Source: an uncultured Chloroflexia bacterium (lineage in GTDB: Bacteria; Chloroflexota; Anaerolineae; CG2-30-64-16). Taken from it: a stretch of DNA of 64,000 bases. A model generated the notes under the pieces. The model did not search any database. It saw only the letters and a list, made by a program, of their open reading frames with translations, and was not told the origin of the DNA. Of the stretch, positions 9,919 through 19,314 are shown one piece after another. The stretch lies in contig CAWEMM010000006.1 in NCBI GenBank assembly GCA_963810095.1, positions 1,376,001-1,440,000 on the forward strand. The letters are read 5' to 3'. Made by a program: the position numbers and the translations under genes. How positions within the stretch are numbered: the first letter of the stretch is position 1; the number at the start of each line of letters is the position of its first letter.

Positions 9919-12477
9919 TCAGGACTTTAAGCTGGCCCGCAGCAAGGCTTTGGTCAGTTCCTTCGTGTCCAGGGCGTAGTCATGCTCGAGCACCGGCCCC
10001 ACGCAGGCGGGACAGCCGTTGTCGCATGGGCAGTTCGTGACCAAATCGAGCGCCGCGGCCAGCACATCGGGCATCGATTGGAAAAGCTGCTCGGCGTAGC
10101 CGACTCCGCCGGGCGTGCGCTCGTAGATCGTAATGGCGGGGCCGCCCGTGTTCCGGTCTTCTGGCTCGGCCAGCACGCCGAGGTCGCGGCCGTCACACAT
10201 GAGGAAGAGCGGTGCGACGCCCTCGATCAAGGCCGCCGCGCCGCCGAGCCCCGACCGCGTCCGGATGCCGGACTCGGCCCGGTGGTGGCACGACTGGCAC
10301 AGCGTCACCAGGTTATCGTGGCGGTTTGCGACCTTCCAGGCGAGGGCAGCAGGCAGCCCTTCGCGCCGTGCTTCGTCGGCGACGAACGCACGGAAGGGGA
10401 CCTTGTGGTGCACGTCGTGCTGGCGGCCCGCCATCTCTAACGTGCCGCACCCCTGGCAGCGGTAACCGTCGCGCAGGCGCACGGCGTCGCGGGTGGCGGC
10501 CCATTCCGGTCCGTAGTCGTTCGGGTCAGATAGCCACGCGCCGGCGGCTTTGAGCGCCTCGACCGTACGTTCGGGAAAAGCCAGCCAGGCCGCCTGTGTG
10601 TCCAGGATCTGTTCGGGCAGGTCGATCTCCCCGTAGCCGAGCACCTCGTTCGAGCCGCGCTGCAGGATCTTGTAGCTTGTCGCCTGCGAGGTAACCCGCA
10701 CGTCGCCCCAGCCGAGCAAGTAGGGCGCGGCTTCGTCCTCCATTCTCCCGCGCGCTTGCAGCACGTCGATTCTTTCGCCTATGACGGGGCGAGTGTAGAA
10801 GGCGGCCTCGATGCCGCGAACGGCCGCGATCCCCGCTTCCCAGTCGAGCCGTTCGACCACGTACGACGCGCCTTCGTGGAGATAGATCGCGCCTTCGTAT
10901 AGCAGCAGTGGGACTCCTTCGCGATCCAACTCGCCGATGACGACGGGTTTTCCGTCTTCGCCGCGCGCCTGGATCAGCACCCGGTCGCTGCCTGCGCTCC
11001 GCAGGCTGACCGCTTGCGTCGGGCTGCCCTCGCCGGCCCAGAAGTAGCGCCCGCCTGATAAGTAGAGCTGTCCGGCCTCGACCATATCTGTAAGCAGCCC
11101 GGGCACCGCGGCTGAGCCAAACTTCTCTTCTTGCCCCAGCGGCAGCTCGGCTGCGGTGCAAGCCAGGTGACCGGCGAGGATCACCTCGTTGTCCGGGTTG
11201 ACACGAGCGTGCTCGGGCGACTGCTGGAGCAGCCAGCGCGGGTGGGTAATGACGTACTGGTCGAGCGGCCCGGCGCCGGCGACGAGCACTGCTACGGAAG
11301 CGCCTTGCCGCCGGCCGGCCCGCCCCATCTGCTGGCGGGCGCTGGCGATGGTTCCCGGATGGCCGGCGAGGATGGCTGCATCGAGGTCGCCGATGTCGAT
11401 GCCCAACTCAAGCGCGTTCGTCGCAACCACTCCCCGCACTGTTGCCTCTCGCAGCCCTTTTTCGATCTCCCGCCGGTCTGCCGGCAGGTAGCCACCCCGG
11501 TAGCCACGGACGGTGTGCCGCGCCTGGCGGGGCAATTCGTCGTGCAGGTGGGTCAGCATCAGCTCTGTGGCAAGCCGGGCGCGACCGAAGAGGATCGTCT
11601 GCACGTCGTGGCGGAGGAAGTGGGCCGCAAGCTCGGCGGATTCCTGAACGGTGCTGCGGCGGATGCCCAGGTCCGGGTCGACGACCGGCGGGTTGTAAAA
11701 GAGGATGTGCTTTTCGCCCTGGGGTGCGCCGTCCTGCTCCGGTCCGACAACGGTGACCGGGGCTTCGACCAGCCGCTCGGCCAACTCGCCCGGGTTGGCG
11801 ATCGTGGCAGAGGCGAGGACGAACTGGGGCCGGCTGCCGTAGAACGCGCAGAGACGGCGCAAGCGGCGCAAGACGTTCGCGACGTGCGAGCCGAACACGC
11901 CCCGGTAAACGTGCATTTCGTCCACAACCACGACGCGGAGGGAGGCGAAGAACGCGGCCCAGCGGGGGTGCTGGGGCAGGATGCCCATGTGCAGCATGTC
12001 GGGGTTCGAGAGGATGATGCGCGACGTATCGCGAATCCTGGTTCGCTGCGCCGACGCCGTGTCGCCGTCGTAGGCCGCAGGGAGCAGGGACAATTCTGCC
12101 AGGCGTGCGAGCGCGCTCACTTCGGCTAACTGGTCGTGCGCGAGCGCCTTCGTCGGGAACAGGTACAGGGCCCGAGCCCGAGGCTCGGATAGTAGCCGCT
12201 GGAGCACGGGGAGGTTGTAGCAGAACGTCTTGCCGCTGGCGGCCGGGGTCGCGACGGCAACGTTTTCGCCCCGCAGTGCGGCTTCGACTGCCGCGGCCTG
12301 GTGCTCGTAGAGTGCGTGGATGCCGCGCGACGCCAGTGCCGCCCCAATGCGAGCGTCGAGCCCGGCGGGAGCGGGTTGATAACGGGCGGGCCGGGCGGGC
12401 AGCCGTTCCCAGCGCACCACGTTGCTCATAAAGCGCGGGTCCAGGCGCAGCGCCTGAAGCGCGGATTCTACAGACAT
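9919..12477 (-). CDS. DEAH-box helicase with DUF1998 (MrfA/YprA/Hrq1 family) and inserted HNH nuclease domain
   Basis: TPAASGKT, FPTKALAHDQ, DEMH, SAT, TNALELGIDIG, QQMGRAGRR, C-terminal CPCDNGCPAC, HNH insert. Alternative start 12495. Confidence 0.93.
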   Translation of the reverse strand: MSVESALQALRLDPRFMSNVVRWERLPARPARYQPAPAGLDARIGAALASRGIHALYEHQAAAVEAALRGENVAVATPAASGKTFCYNLPVLQRLLSEPRARALYLFPTKALAHDQLAEVSALARLAELSLLPAAYDGDTASAQRTRIRDTSRIILSNPDMLHMGILPQHPRWAAFFASLRVVVVDEMHVYRGVFGSHVANVLRRLRRLCAFYGSRPQFVLASATIANPGELAERLVEAPVTVVGPEQDGAPQGEKHILFYNPPVVDPDLGIRRSTVQESAELAAHFLRHDVQTILFGRARLATELMLTHLHDELPRQARHTVRGYRGGYLPADRREIEKGLREATVRGVVATNALELGIDIGDLDAAILAGHPGTIASARQQMGRAGRRQGASVAVLVAGAGPLDQYVITHPRWLLQQSPEHARVNPDNEVILAGHLACTAAELPLGQEEKFGSAAVPGLLTDMVEAGQLYLSGGRYFWAGEGSPTQAVSLRSAGSDRVLIQARGEDGKPVVIGELDREGVPLLLYEGAIYLHEGASYVVERLDWEAGIAAVRGIEAAFYTRPVIGERIDVLQARGRMEDEAAPYLLGWGDVRVTSQATSYKILQRGSNEVLGYGEIDLPEQILDTQAAWLAFPERTVEALKAAGAWLSDPNDYGPEWAATRDAVRLRDGYRCQGCGTLEMAGRQHDVHHKVPFRAFVADEARREGLPAALAWKVANRHDNLVTLCQSCHHRAESGIRTRSGLGGAAALIEGVAPLFLMCDGRDLGVLAEPEDRNTGGPAITIYERTPGGVGYAEQLFQSMPDVLAAALDLVTNCPCDNGCPACVGPVLEHDYALDTKELTKALLRASLKS

Positions 12478-12532
12478 GGTTGGATTATAATCCATGCCCC
12501 CCGAACGCGCTGGCCTGGGTGGGCGGGCTGGG

Positions 12533-13861
12533 TTACTGGCCCCGCTGCAGGGTGTACTCGAACTCGCCGGCCCGGCCGGTGGTCGACAGGGAGGTGCTGC
12601 CGCAGGCGCTCACGGCACGCACGACATAGGTGTAGTTGTTGGTCGCGCTGCCCAGCACCGCATCTGTGTAACTTGTCCCTGCCACACTGGTGCAGCGTAG
12701 GGCGCCGGGGCTGCTGCAGCTCGCACCCGGCGTGAAGTACGGCTGGTTGGCCGCGGACCAGAGTTCGTAATGGTTGGCGCCCACCGCCGCGGGCCACGTC
12801 AGCTTCACCTGCGTCGCGTCGAGCCGGGCGATCGAAAGGCTGCTGACGTTCGCCGGCGTCCCACAGATGGGGTTGACGATGCTCACAGCCTGCATCGCCA
12901 TGCCCTCGTAGCTGCCGCCCCAGGCCATGCTGTAGGTGTTGTAGTCCCAGGTGTCGTGAAGATACACGGTGTTTCCCGAGTCGTTGTAGCCTATACCGAC
13001 GATCGAATGGCCGGCGAGGTTGATCATTACCGGGCGCCCGGCATCAATCTCAGCCTTGTACTTGGCATAGGTGAATCCGCCGCCGTTGTTGTCGGTCTTC
13101 TGATTGTAGCAGTCGGTGACGGTATAGCCGCGGGCCTCATAGAACAGTTTCCGGCCGTAGCTGCCGTCCTCGGTGATGTTGTTGGACAGCATATCTGCGC
13201 ACGTGAGCGCGGCCGAAGACGACGTCCAGGCATAGAAGCTGGTTGCGCCGTCGCTGTTCCCGTAGGCCGACTGGCTGGTCTTCATGTAGTCACCGATCGC
13301 GTCGCTCGGGGTATGCTGAGTCCAGCCGTTCGTGACGTAGGGGTCGTTGGCGGTGCTGCCGTAGGCGATCCAATAGTCGTTGAGTGAGCCGCGGCTGCTT
13401 CGCCCGTCCAGTCCGGAACGGGAGGCGGTCAGCGGGCATTGGCCGTAAGTGTCCCCGTTGCCGTCCGTCCACGGCCCCCACGTGCTGCTGTCCAGCGGCA
13501 TGAGGCCGCCGCCCGTCGGGCCGGTGTACATATTCGGCAGGCCGGACCGGTCGTAATAGGCGGCAATCATGGCGGCGGACGTCGCCGAGCATCCGAACGA
13601 CCAGTCATATGCGGGGACGGTCAACTGCTTGCTGCCGAGCAACTCGCCGGCTTCGCCCTGGGCGACGGGAGTGCGCTCGATGCCGGCAGGAGGGTGCGGC
13701 GGACCCGCAATTACCATCTTGTCCACCTCGGCGCCGAGCGCGGTTTCGATGCTGTTGACGCGAAAGTATGGCGGATGGTCGGGGGCTGCGAAAACGTGCA
13801 GAACGCCGGTCGTCAGGATCAGGATTGCGGCCAGGAGGGTGGGCAGCGCGTGCTGTTTCAT
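12533..13861 (-). CDS. Secreted papain-fold cysteine peptidase (C10/C39-like) with C-terminal FN3-like domain
   Basis: Signal peptide MKQHALPTLLAAILILTTG, VPAYDWSFGCSATSAAM (Cys), EIDAGRPV, GHSIVGIGY (His), HDTW. Confidence 0.75.
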   Translation of the reverse strand: MKQHALPTLLAAILILTTGVLHVFAAPDHPPYFRVNSIETALGAEVDKMVIAGPPHPPAGIERTPVAQGEAGELLGSKQLTVPAYDWSFGCSATSAAMIAAYYDRSGLPNMYTGPTGGGLMPLDSSTWGPWTDGNGDTYGQCPLTASRSGLDGRSSRGSLNDYWIAYGSTANDPYVTNGWTQHTPSDAIGDYMKTSQSAYGNSDGATSFYAWTSSSAALTCADMLSNNITEDGSYGRKLFYEARGYTVTDCYNQKTDNNGGGFTYAKYKAEIDAGRPVMINLAGHSIVGIGYNDSGNTVYLHDTWDYNTYSMAWGGSYEGMAMQAVSIVNPICGTPANVSSLSIARLDATQVKLTWPAAVGANHYELWSAANQPYFTPGASCSSPGALRCTSVAGTSYTDAVLGSATNNYTYVVRAVSACGSTSLSTTGRAGEFEYTLQRGQ

Positions 13862-14004
13862 CAGGGGATCGTCCTCGACTCTGAAGTGTTCAATGCGGTG
13901 CGATATGGGGCTGTAAGTCGGGGCCTGCGTAGCCCGGCCGTTGCCCGGATGAAGAGAGAATATCACCGTGCAGGCAGCGCGTCAAACACCCGAGGGAAGG
14001 GGCG

Positions 14005-14095
14005 CGGGAACGCGAAGGGCGCTGGAACGCGAAGGCGCGAAGGGTAACGAAGGGCGGGAAGCGCGAAGAGCGCGAAGAGCGAAGGGCGGCGCGGC
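14005..14095 (+). repeat. (GCGAAG)n-type intergenic repeat
   Basis: GGAACGCGAAGGGCGC, GAACGCGAAGGCGCGAAG, GCGCGAAGAGCGCGAAGAGCGAAG. Confidence 0.6.
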
Positions 14096-14172
14096 TTTGA
14101 CAGTGTCTGGTGGGTGGACTATGATGCCCCGGCTGTGCGTGTGTCCATGGCCAATCCTGCCGCCGAGGCTTC

Positions 14173-15197
14173 ATGTTCGATCCAACGCTACCCTTACCTG
14201 CGGGCAAACTGCCCCTGCCCTTGCTCGAACGGCTGCTGACGCGCTTCGCCCCGGATGACCCCCGCATCGTCGTGGGCCCGCGTGCGGGGGAGGACGCGGC
14301 GGTCTTCGACCTGGGCGACCGTTACCTCGTTGCCAAGACCGACCCGATTACGTTCGCAACGAGCGAAATCGGCTGGTATGCCGTCAACGTCAACGCCAAC
14401 GACGTGGCCGTCATGGGCGCCCAACCGCGTTGGTTTCTGGCCACCGTGCTGCTGCCCGCCGGCAAGGCGACCGGTGCGCTGGCCGAGGAAATTTTCCAGC
14501 AGATCTACAGCGCGTGCGCGACCCTGGGCGTGAGCCTGGCGGGGGGACACACCGAGTTGACGGTTAACCTCGACCGCCCCCTGATCAGCGGCACAATGCT
14601 CGGCGAGGTCGCACCCGATCGCTTGATTATGACGGCGGGCGCCCGGCCCGGGGATGCGATGCTGCTGGTGAAGGCGGCACCCATCGAGGGCACCGCGCTG
14701 ATTGCGCTGGAGCGGGAGGATACGCTGCGAAAGCGCGGGTATGCGGACGATTTTATCGCCGGTGCCAGCGCTACCTGCACGACCCCGGGATTAGCGTAGT
14801 GCGTCCCGCGTTGTTTGCGGCCGGCGTTGCAGAGGTGCACGCGATGCACGACCCGACCGAGGGCGGGGTTATGACCGGCCTGCTGGAGATGGGGCGGGGC
14901 GCCGGCGTGGGGTTGGAGATCGACCTGGATGCCATCCCGATTGCACCGGAGGGCGCCGTGCTTTGCCGGGAGTTCGGCCTGGACCCGTTGGGGACGATCG
15001 CGTCCGGTGCGGTGCTGATGGCCGTGGCAGGGCACGACGCGTCCCGCCTGGTCCGGCTGCTTGCCGAGCAAGGCTATCCGGCAACTGAAATCGGCCGGGT
15101 GACGGATGCGGCCGGCGGGCTGGTGGCGCGGCGCGGCGGCGAGCCCGTCGAGTGGCCGCAATTTGCGACCGACGAGATCACGAAGATTTTCGCGTAG
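14173..15197 (+). CDS. AIR synthase/HypE-related (PurM-like) protein, frameshift near 14760
   Basis: GKLP, GEDAAV, KTDPITF, NANDVAVMGA, GGHTE, then AMHDPTEGGV. Two ORFs join as QRYLHDPGISVVRP. Confidence 0.85.
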
Positions 15198-15892
15198 CTA
15201 CTCTTGTCCCTCTTGCGGCACCCCCGCCCGCCGCAGCAGCAACCGCAGAGCGTGCTCGCTAATCAGCGCCATCAGTGCGGGCCACACGATGACGACCAGG
15301 ACGGCGAGGACGACGCAGATGACCGTCAGCACCAGGGCGATGGCGAGCAGGACGATCGAGAAGAGCGGATTGGCAAATGCGGCCAGGGCCGACATGCGCA
15401 GTGCCCGCCACAGGCTTGGCTCCTCGAGCGCCATGTAAAACGGGTAGACGTAGAGCTGCATCCCACACCAGAACAGGATGAGGTAGATCCACAGGATGCT
15501 TAGCAGGCGGAGCGTTACGTTGGCCTGCAAGGTGTAGAAGATCAGGTTCAGCAGCAGCAGGCTCAGCACGACCATGCCCAGCGCGTTCAGTGCGAGGCCC
15601 GCCTTCCAGTTCGTCCTGAGCGCGTCCAGGTATTCGCGGCGGTCCGCGGCCCGGCCCCGAATCGTCTGCCGTGTAACCGATGCCAGCGCCAGGATCGCCG
15701 GCCCTGCCGGGATCGCAATGACGGTGTGATCCACCACGGTCCGCCCGCGGCAAACAGGAAGAACGCGAGGACGGCCGCGACCGCGAGGAAGATGCCACCC
15801 GTGACCCACCACAGCAAGCTCATGGCGGTGAAGACGAACAGGTCGTTGTAGAGGCTGAGCAGGGCCCTTCCCGCGGTGGCGAACGCTCTCAT
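15198..15892 (-). CDS. DUF624/YesL-like membrane protein, frameshift near 15725
   Basis: Hydrophobic helices MRAFATAGRALLSLYNDLFVF... and GPAILAL...LRTNWK...YVYPFY. ATGA overlap with the upstream gene. Confidence 0.65.
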
Positions 15893-16920
15893 GGCGCCAC
15901 GATCCCAAGCGCCGCCTTCTGAATGTCTGGATCGGCAAGCTGGTTGTTGTGGGCCACCGAAGGCAGGTGATCGTACAGCGAGCGGGCGGCGGCCTCGGCC
16001 GGCGAGGCGGGCGCGGTGGTCAAGGACATGCTGATGCTCTCTCCAGCCACGAAGGGATAGGGGGTGCACGCGGCGCCGGGTATCTCCCGAGCGCTGGCCG
16101 CGGGCACGAGGAGGTCGCCGAAGCTGACCGCATGATTGACGAGCGTCAGCCGGTTGGCCGTGATGCGGACGCTGTAGCGGATGTCGCCGTAGAAGGTGTA
16201 GCATTGGATGCCGGCGGGCAGCGTGCCGGGCCGGTTGAGTTCTGCCAGCACCGGGCTATCCGGATGCAATTGGGCGTAGACGGGCGAGTCGGTGAGCAGC
16301 ACCCGCGGCGTTGGGTACCCCGGTGCATCCAGGGTGGCAGCCCGCTGCTCCGCCTGTTGTTTGCGCAGCGCGTCGGCAAGTTGTTCGACCGCGCTGACCG
16401 GACGGGCCGGCGCCAGCCCCAGGCGCTCGAGCAGGCGAATGAGCCACCACATGATCGACCCCCGGGGCGCCAACTCGATCACCCGCGCGATCTCCACTCC
16501 CCGGTGCGGCGTGCCGATGGTGATCAGGCGGGCGACGTTGCCGCGGTAGAGGGTGCCCCAGTTGTCCGGCGTGGTCCGGCTCAGGTAATAGCGGCAGATG
16601 ATGCCGCCGAGGCTGTGAGCGATGAGCGTCACGCCGGGCGGCCCGCCGCGGGCAACGCTGTTGTCGCTCAACTGGTCCACACTGCACAGCAGGCGCTCTT
16701 CGGGCGACAGCGCGGCGCCACCCAGACGGCTCGCCACCTGGCGCAGGTCGCCGCGGTTGTTGTAGGTCCCGTCTTCCGCGGCGCCGTAATCGAAGGTGCG
16801 CACCAGGTTGGGGTCGAGGTCGCCGTCGACGATCAGCCGCTGGCGGAAGCCCGACTCGTTCCATGTGGAAGGCGAGCCGTCAAAGCCGTGAACCAGCATG
16901 ATGGGGATGAGCCTGGGCAT
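15889..16920 (-). CDS. Alpha/beta hydrolase (PGAP1/lipase-like)
   Basis: MLVHGFDG, IAHSLGG nucleophile elbow, ITIGTPHRG, GDLLVP, C-terminal His. Confidence 0.85.
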   Translation of the reverse strand: MPRLIPIMLVHGFDGSPSTWNESGFRQRLIVDGDLDPNLVRTFDYGAAEDGTYNNRGDLRQVASRLGGAALSPEERLLCSVDQLSDNSVARGGPPGVTLIAHSLGGIICRYYLSRTTPDNWGTLYRGNVARLITIGTPHRGVEIARVIELAPRGSIMWWLIRLLERLGLAPARPVSAVEQLADALRKQQAEQRAATLDAPGYPTPRVLLTDSPVYAQLHPDSPVLAELNRPGTLPAGIQCYTFYGDIRYSVRITANRLTLVNHAVSFGDLLVPAASAREIPGAACTPYPFVAGESISMSLTTAPASPAEAAARSLYDHLPSVAHNNQLADPDIQKAALGIVAP

Positions 16921-17013
16921 ACGTCTCCTCGAAGGGCGCTCCACCACGGCGTCACAAAGGCACAGGGCATCCGGAATCTTTCTGTCCCCGTGCCTGTGTG
17001 TTATCCAACCGAT

Positions 17014-18102
17014 TCAGGCGGCGAGGATGATCTCCTGCAGCAAGCGGGCCCCGTTGGCCATGTCCTCGATGGCGATGTGCTCGTCGGGCGTGTGCACGTC
17101 CGCCATGCCCGTGCTGATGATCGCACAGTAGATGCCGTGCTCTGCGTAGATGTTTGCGTCCGTGCCGCCGCCCGACGCCTTGATCATGGGCGTCCAGCCG
17201 AGCTTCTTCACCGCCGCGATGGCTGCCGCTACGACGGGGTGGTTGTCGGCCAGCTTGTAGGTCGTGTACATGCGCTTGATCTTGAACTCGACGCGCGCAG
17301 CGTTGTGTTCCGCCGCTTCCTGGAACGCCCCGGCCATCGCCGCGGTCTGAGCGGCCAGCTTCGTGTTGTCACGGCTGCGGGCCTCGCCCTTGACGAACAC
17401 GTAGTCGGGCACGATGTTGGTCGCCACGCCGCCCTGGATGACCCCGATGTTGGCCGTGGTCTCCGCGTCAATCCGTCCCAGCGGCATCGCAGCAATCGCC
17501 TCGCTTGCGACCCGGATAGCGTTCACCCCCTTTTCCGGCTCCGCGCCCGCATGCGCAGTCCGGCCGTGCACCTTGATCTCCAGGCTGTCCTGGCTGGGCG
17601 CGCTGGTAACGATGACGCCGCTGGGTCCGCCCGCGTCGAGCACGTACCCGCGGCGTGACTTAATCCGGCCCTTATCCAGCGCCCGCGCGCCGGCGAGGCC
17701 CATCTCCTCGCTCACCGAGATGACTGCTTCGAGGGGTGGATGCGGCGCGTTGTCTTCGTTAAGCGACTGGACGACCTCGAGGATGGCGGCCACGCCTGAC
17801 TTGTCGTCGCCGCCCAGGATGGTGGTGCCGTCCGAGTAGATAACGCCGTCGCGAATCTGCGGCTTGATCCCCCGATCCTTGCCCACGGTGTCCATGTGCG
17901 CGCTGAGCATGATGTAATCGCCGGGCCCCGTGCCCGGGAAGCGCGCGATGAGGTTGTGAACCTCGTCGCGCTCGATCTCTGTGGCGCCGAGTGCCTTGAA
18001 GCGCCGCTCGAGCTCGTCGCAGATGGCGGCTTCCTCGCCGGATGGGCTGTCGATGGCGACCAGCTCCAGGAAAGTCTGTACAAGGCGTTCTTCGTTGATC
18101 AA
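17014..18102 (-). CDS. M20 family metallopeptidase (peptidase T-like)
   Basis: SAHMDTV, TILGGDDKSG, SEEMGL, AHAGAEPEKGVNAI, SGGGTDAN, HTPDE. Confidence 0.93.
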   Translation of the reverse strand: MINEERLVQTFLELVAIDSPSGEEAAICDELERRFKALGATEIERDEVHNLIARFPGTGPGDYIMLSAHMDTVGKDRGIKPQIRDGVIYSDGTTILGGDDKSGVAAILEVVQSLNEDNAPHPPLEAVISVSEEMGLAGARALDKGRIKSRRGYVLDAGGPSGVIVTSAPSQDSLEIKVHGRTAHAGAEPEKGVNAIRVASEAIAAMPLGRIDAETTANIGVIQGGVATNIVPDYVFVKGEARSRDNTKLAAQTAAMAGAFQEAAEHNAARVEFKIKRMYTTYKLADNHPVVAAAIAAVKKLGWTPMIKASGGGTDANIYAEHGIYCAIISTGMADVHTPDEHIAIEDMANGARLLQEIILAA

Positions 18103-18188
18103 GGGTCACCTCTTCGATTCATTCGTGATGAGCTTTGGCAGCCGAGCCAAGTGGGGCGAGCCGCGCAGCGCCCAAGGCAGCGGTTTTC

Positions 18189-19304
18189 TCAGGTCAGCCA
18201 CCGCACGCGGCCCGTTTCTCCCGTTTCGTAGCCGCCCAGTGCCTCGATTGCGTCCTTGGCACCTTGCGTCGCAAGCCACCCGGCGAGCGCCCGCATCGGG
18301 GGTAGTTCCCACGACTCGGCCGGCACGACCAGGTCGTATGGCTCAGTGGCCAGGGGGACGAAGCCCAACCCGTAGCCGATCGCCGCGGTCTCGATACCGA
18401 GGCCGGCGCCGGCGGCGTCCTCGGCCACGGCCCGCGCAACTTCGGCATGCGTGCTTACTTCGTGATCATACCCCGCGATGGCCTCGACGTCTACTGCTGA
18501 CCGGCGCAACTGCGCATCAAGCCAGACGCGCGTGCCGGTCCCGCGTTGCCGGTTGACAAAGCGCACACCCGGTCGCACCAGGTCTCGCAGTCCGGCCAGG
18601 CCGAGCGGGTTGCTGCGCGCGACGATCAGGCCGAGCCGGCGGTGTGCGAGTGTCAGCAGCGCAACGCGGCGGCCGGGCAGGAGGCGGCGCACGAAGGGCT
18701 CGTTGTACGTGTCGGTCTCTTCATCCCACAGGTGACTGCCTGCCAGGTCGGCCTTGCCCTCTGCCAGCGCGATCAGCCCGCCCAGGCTGCCTGAATAGCT
18801 CACCTGCAGCGAACAGCCCGGGGCCTCGGCGCCGCAGAACTCGGCGAAGCGGGCCGCCAGAAGCGAAACGACCGGATCATTGCTGCCTGCGAAGCGGAGC
18901 ACGTCGCCCACAGCAGGCGGCGTTTCGGCTGCCAGGGCGCGCCAGCGGTCGAGGCTGACGCGAAAGGCGCTTTCGATCTCCGCCAGCGAGTAGCCCGCCG
19001 ACAGCATTTCCAGCAGGAAGGCTTCGGCCTGGTGCGTCACGGTGGCGCGGCGCAGGGGGACCGTGTCGAGCGCGCCCATGGGCGCCCCGCTGCCGATGTG
19101 GGTGCCCTGGCCCGGCCGGCTAACGGCGATGCCCTGCCGTGTCAACTCCTTGTAGGCCTGCTGAACGGTGCCGGGCGTGCATCGCCACTGCTCCGCCATC
19201 TCGCGGACGGTAGGCAGCGAGTCGCCCGGGCGCAGCCGGCCCTCCAGCAGGTCCTGCCGGACGGCTTCGGCGATCTGGAGATAGATCGGCCGCTTGTCTT
19301 TCAC
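18189..19304 (-). CDS. GntR-family regulator fused to a PBP (molybdate-binding-like) domain
   Basis: N-terminal PIYLQI...LPTVRE...TVQQAYKEL...RPGQGT. C-terminal GSLGGLIAL, DLAGSHL, FVNRQRGTGTR, EPYDLV. Confidence 0.88.
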   Translation of the reverse strand: MKDKRPIYLQIAEAVRQDLLEGRLRPGDSLPTVREMAEQWRCTPGTVQQAYKELTRQGIAVSRPGQGTHIGSGAPMGALDTVPLRRATVTHQAEAFLLEMLSAGYSLAEIESAFRVSLDRWRALAAETPPAVGDVLRFAGSNDPVVSLLAARFAEFCGAEAPGCSLQVSYSGSLGGLIALAEGKADLAGSHLWDEETDTYNEPFVRRLLPGRRVALLTLAHRRLGLIVARSNPLGLAGLRDLVRPGVRFVNRQRGTGTRVWLDAQLRRSAVDVEAIAGYDHEVSTHAEVARAVAEDAAGAGLGIETAAIGYGLGFVPLATEPYDLVVPAESWELPPMRALAGWLATQGAKDAIEALGGYETGETGRVRWLT

Positions 19305-19314
19305 CTCGTCCTCG

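Noticed and set aside
10270-10525. Intein carrying the HNH domain
   Set aside because: No C/S start block or HN-C/S/T end, and the insert is too short to include splicing domains.
14173-15197. Selenophosphate synthetase SelD or true HypE
   Set aside because: It has a PurM-like fold but lacks the N-terminal Cys/Sec-x-x-K motif of SelD and the C-terminal PRIC of HypE, and no hydrogenase genes are present.
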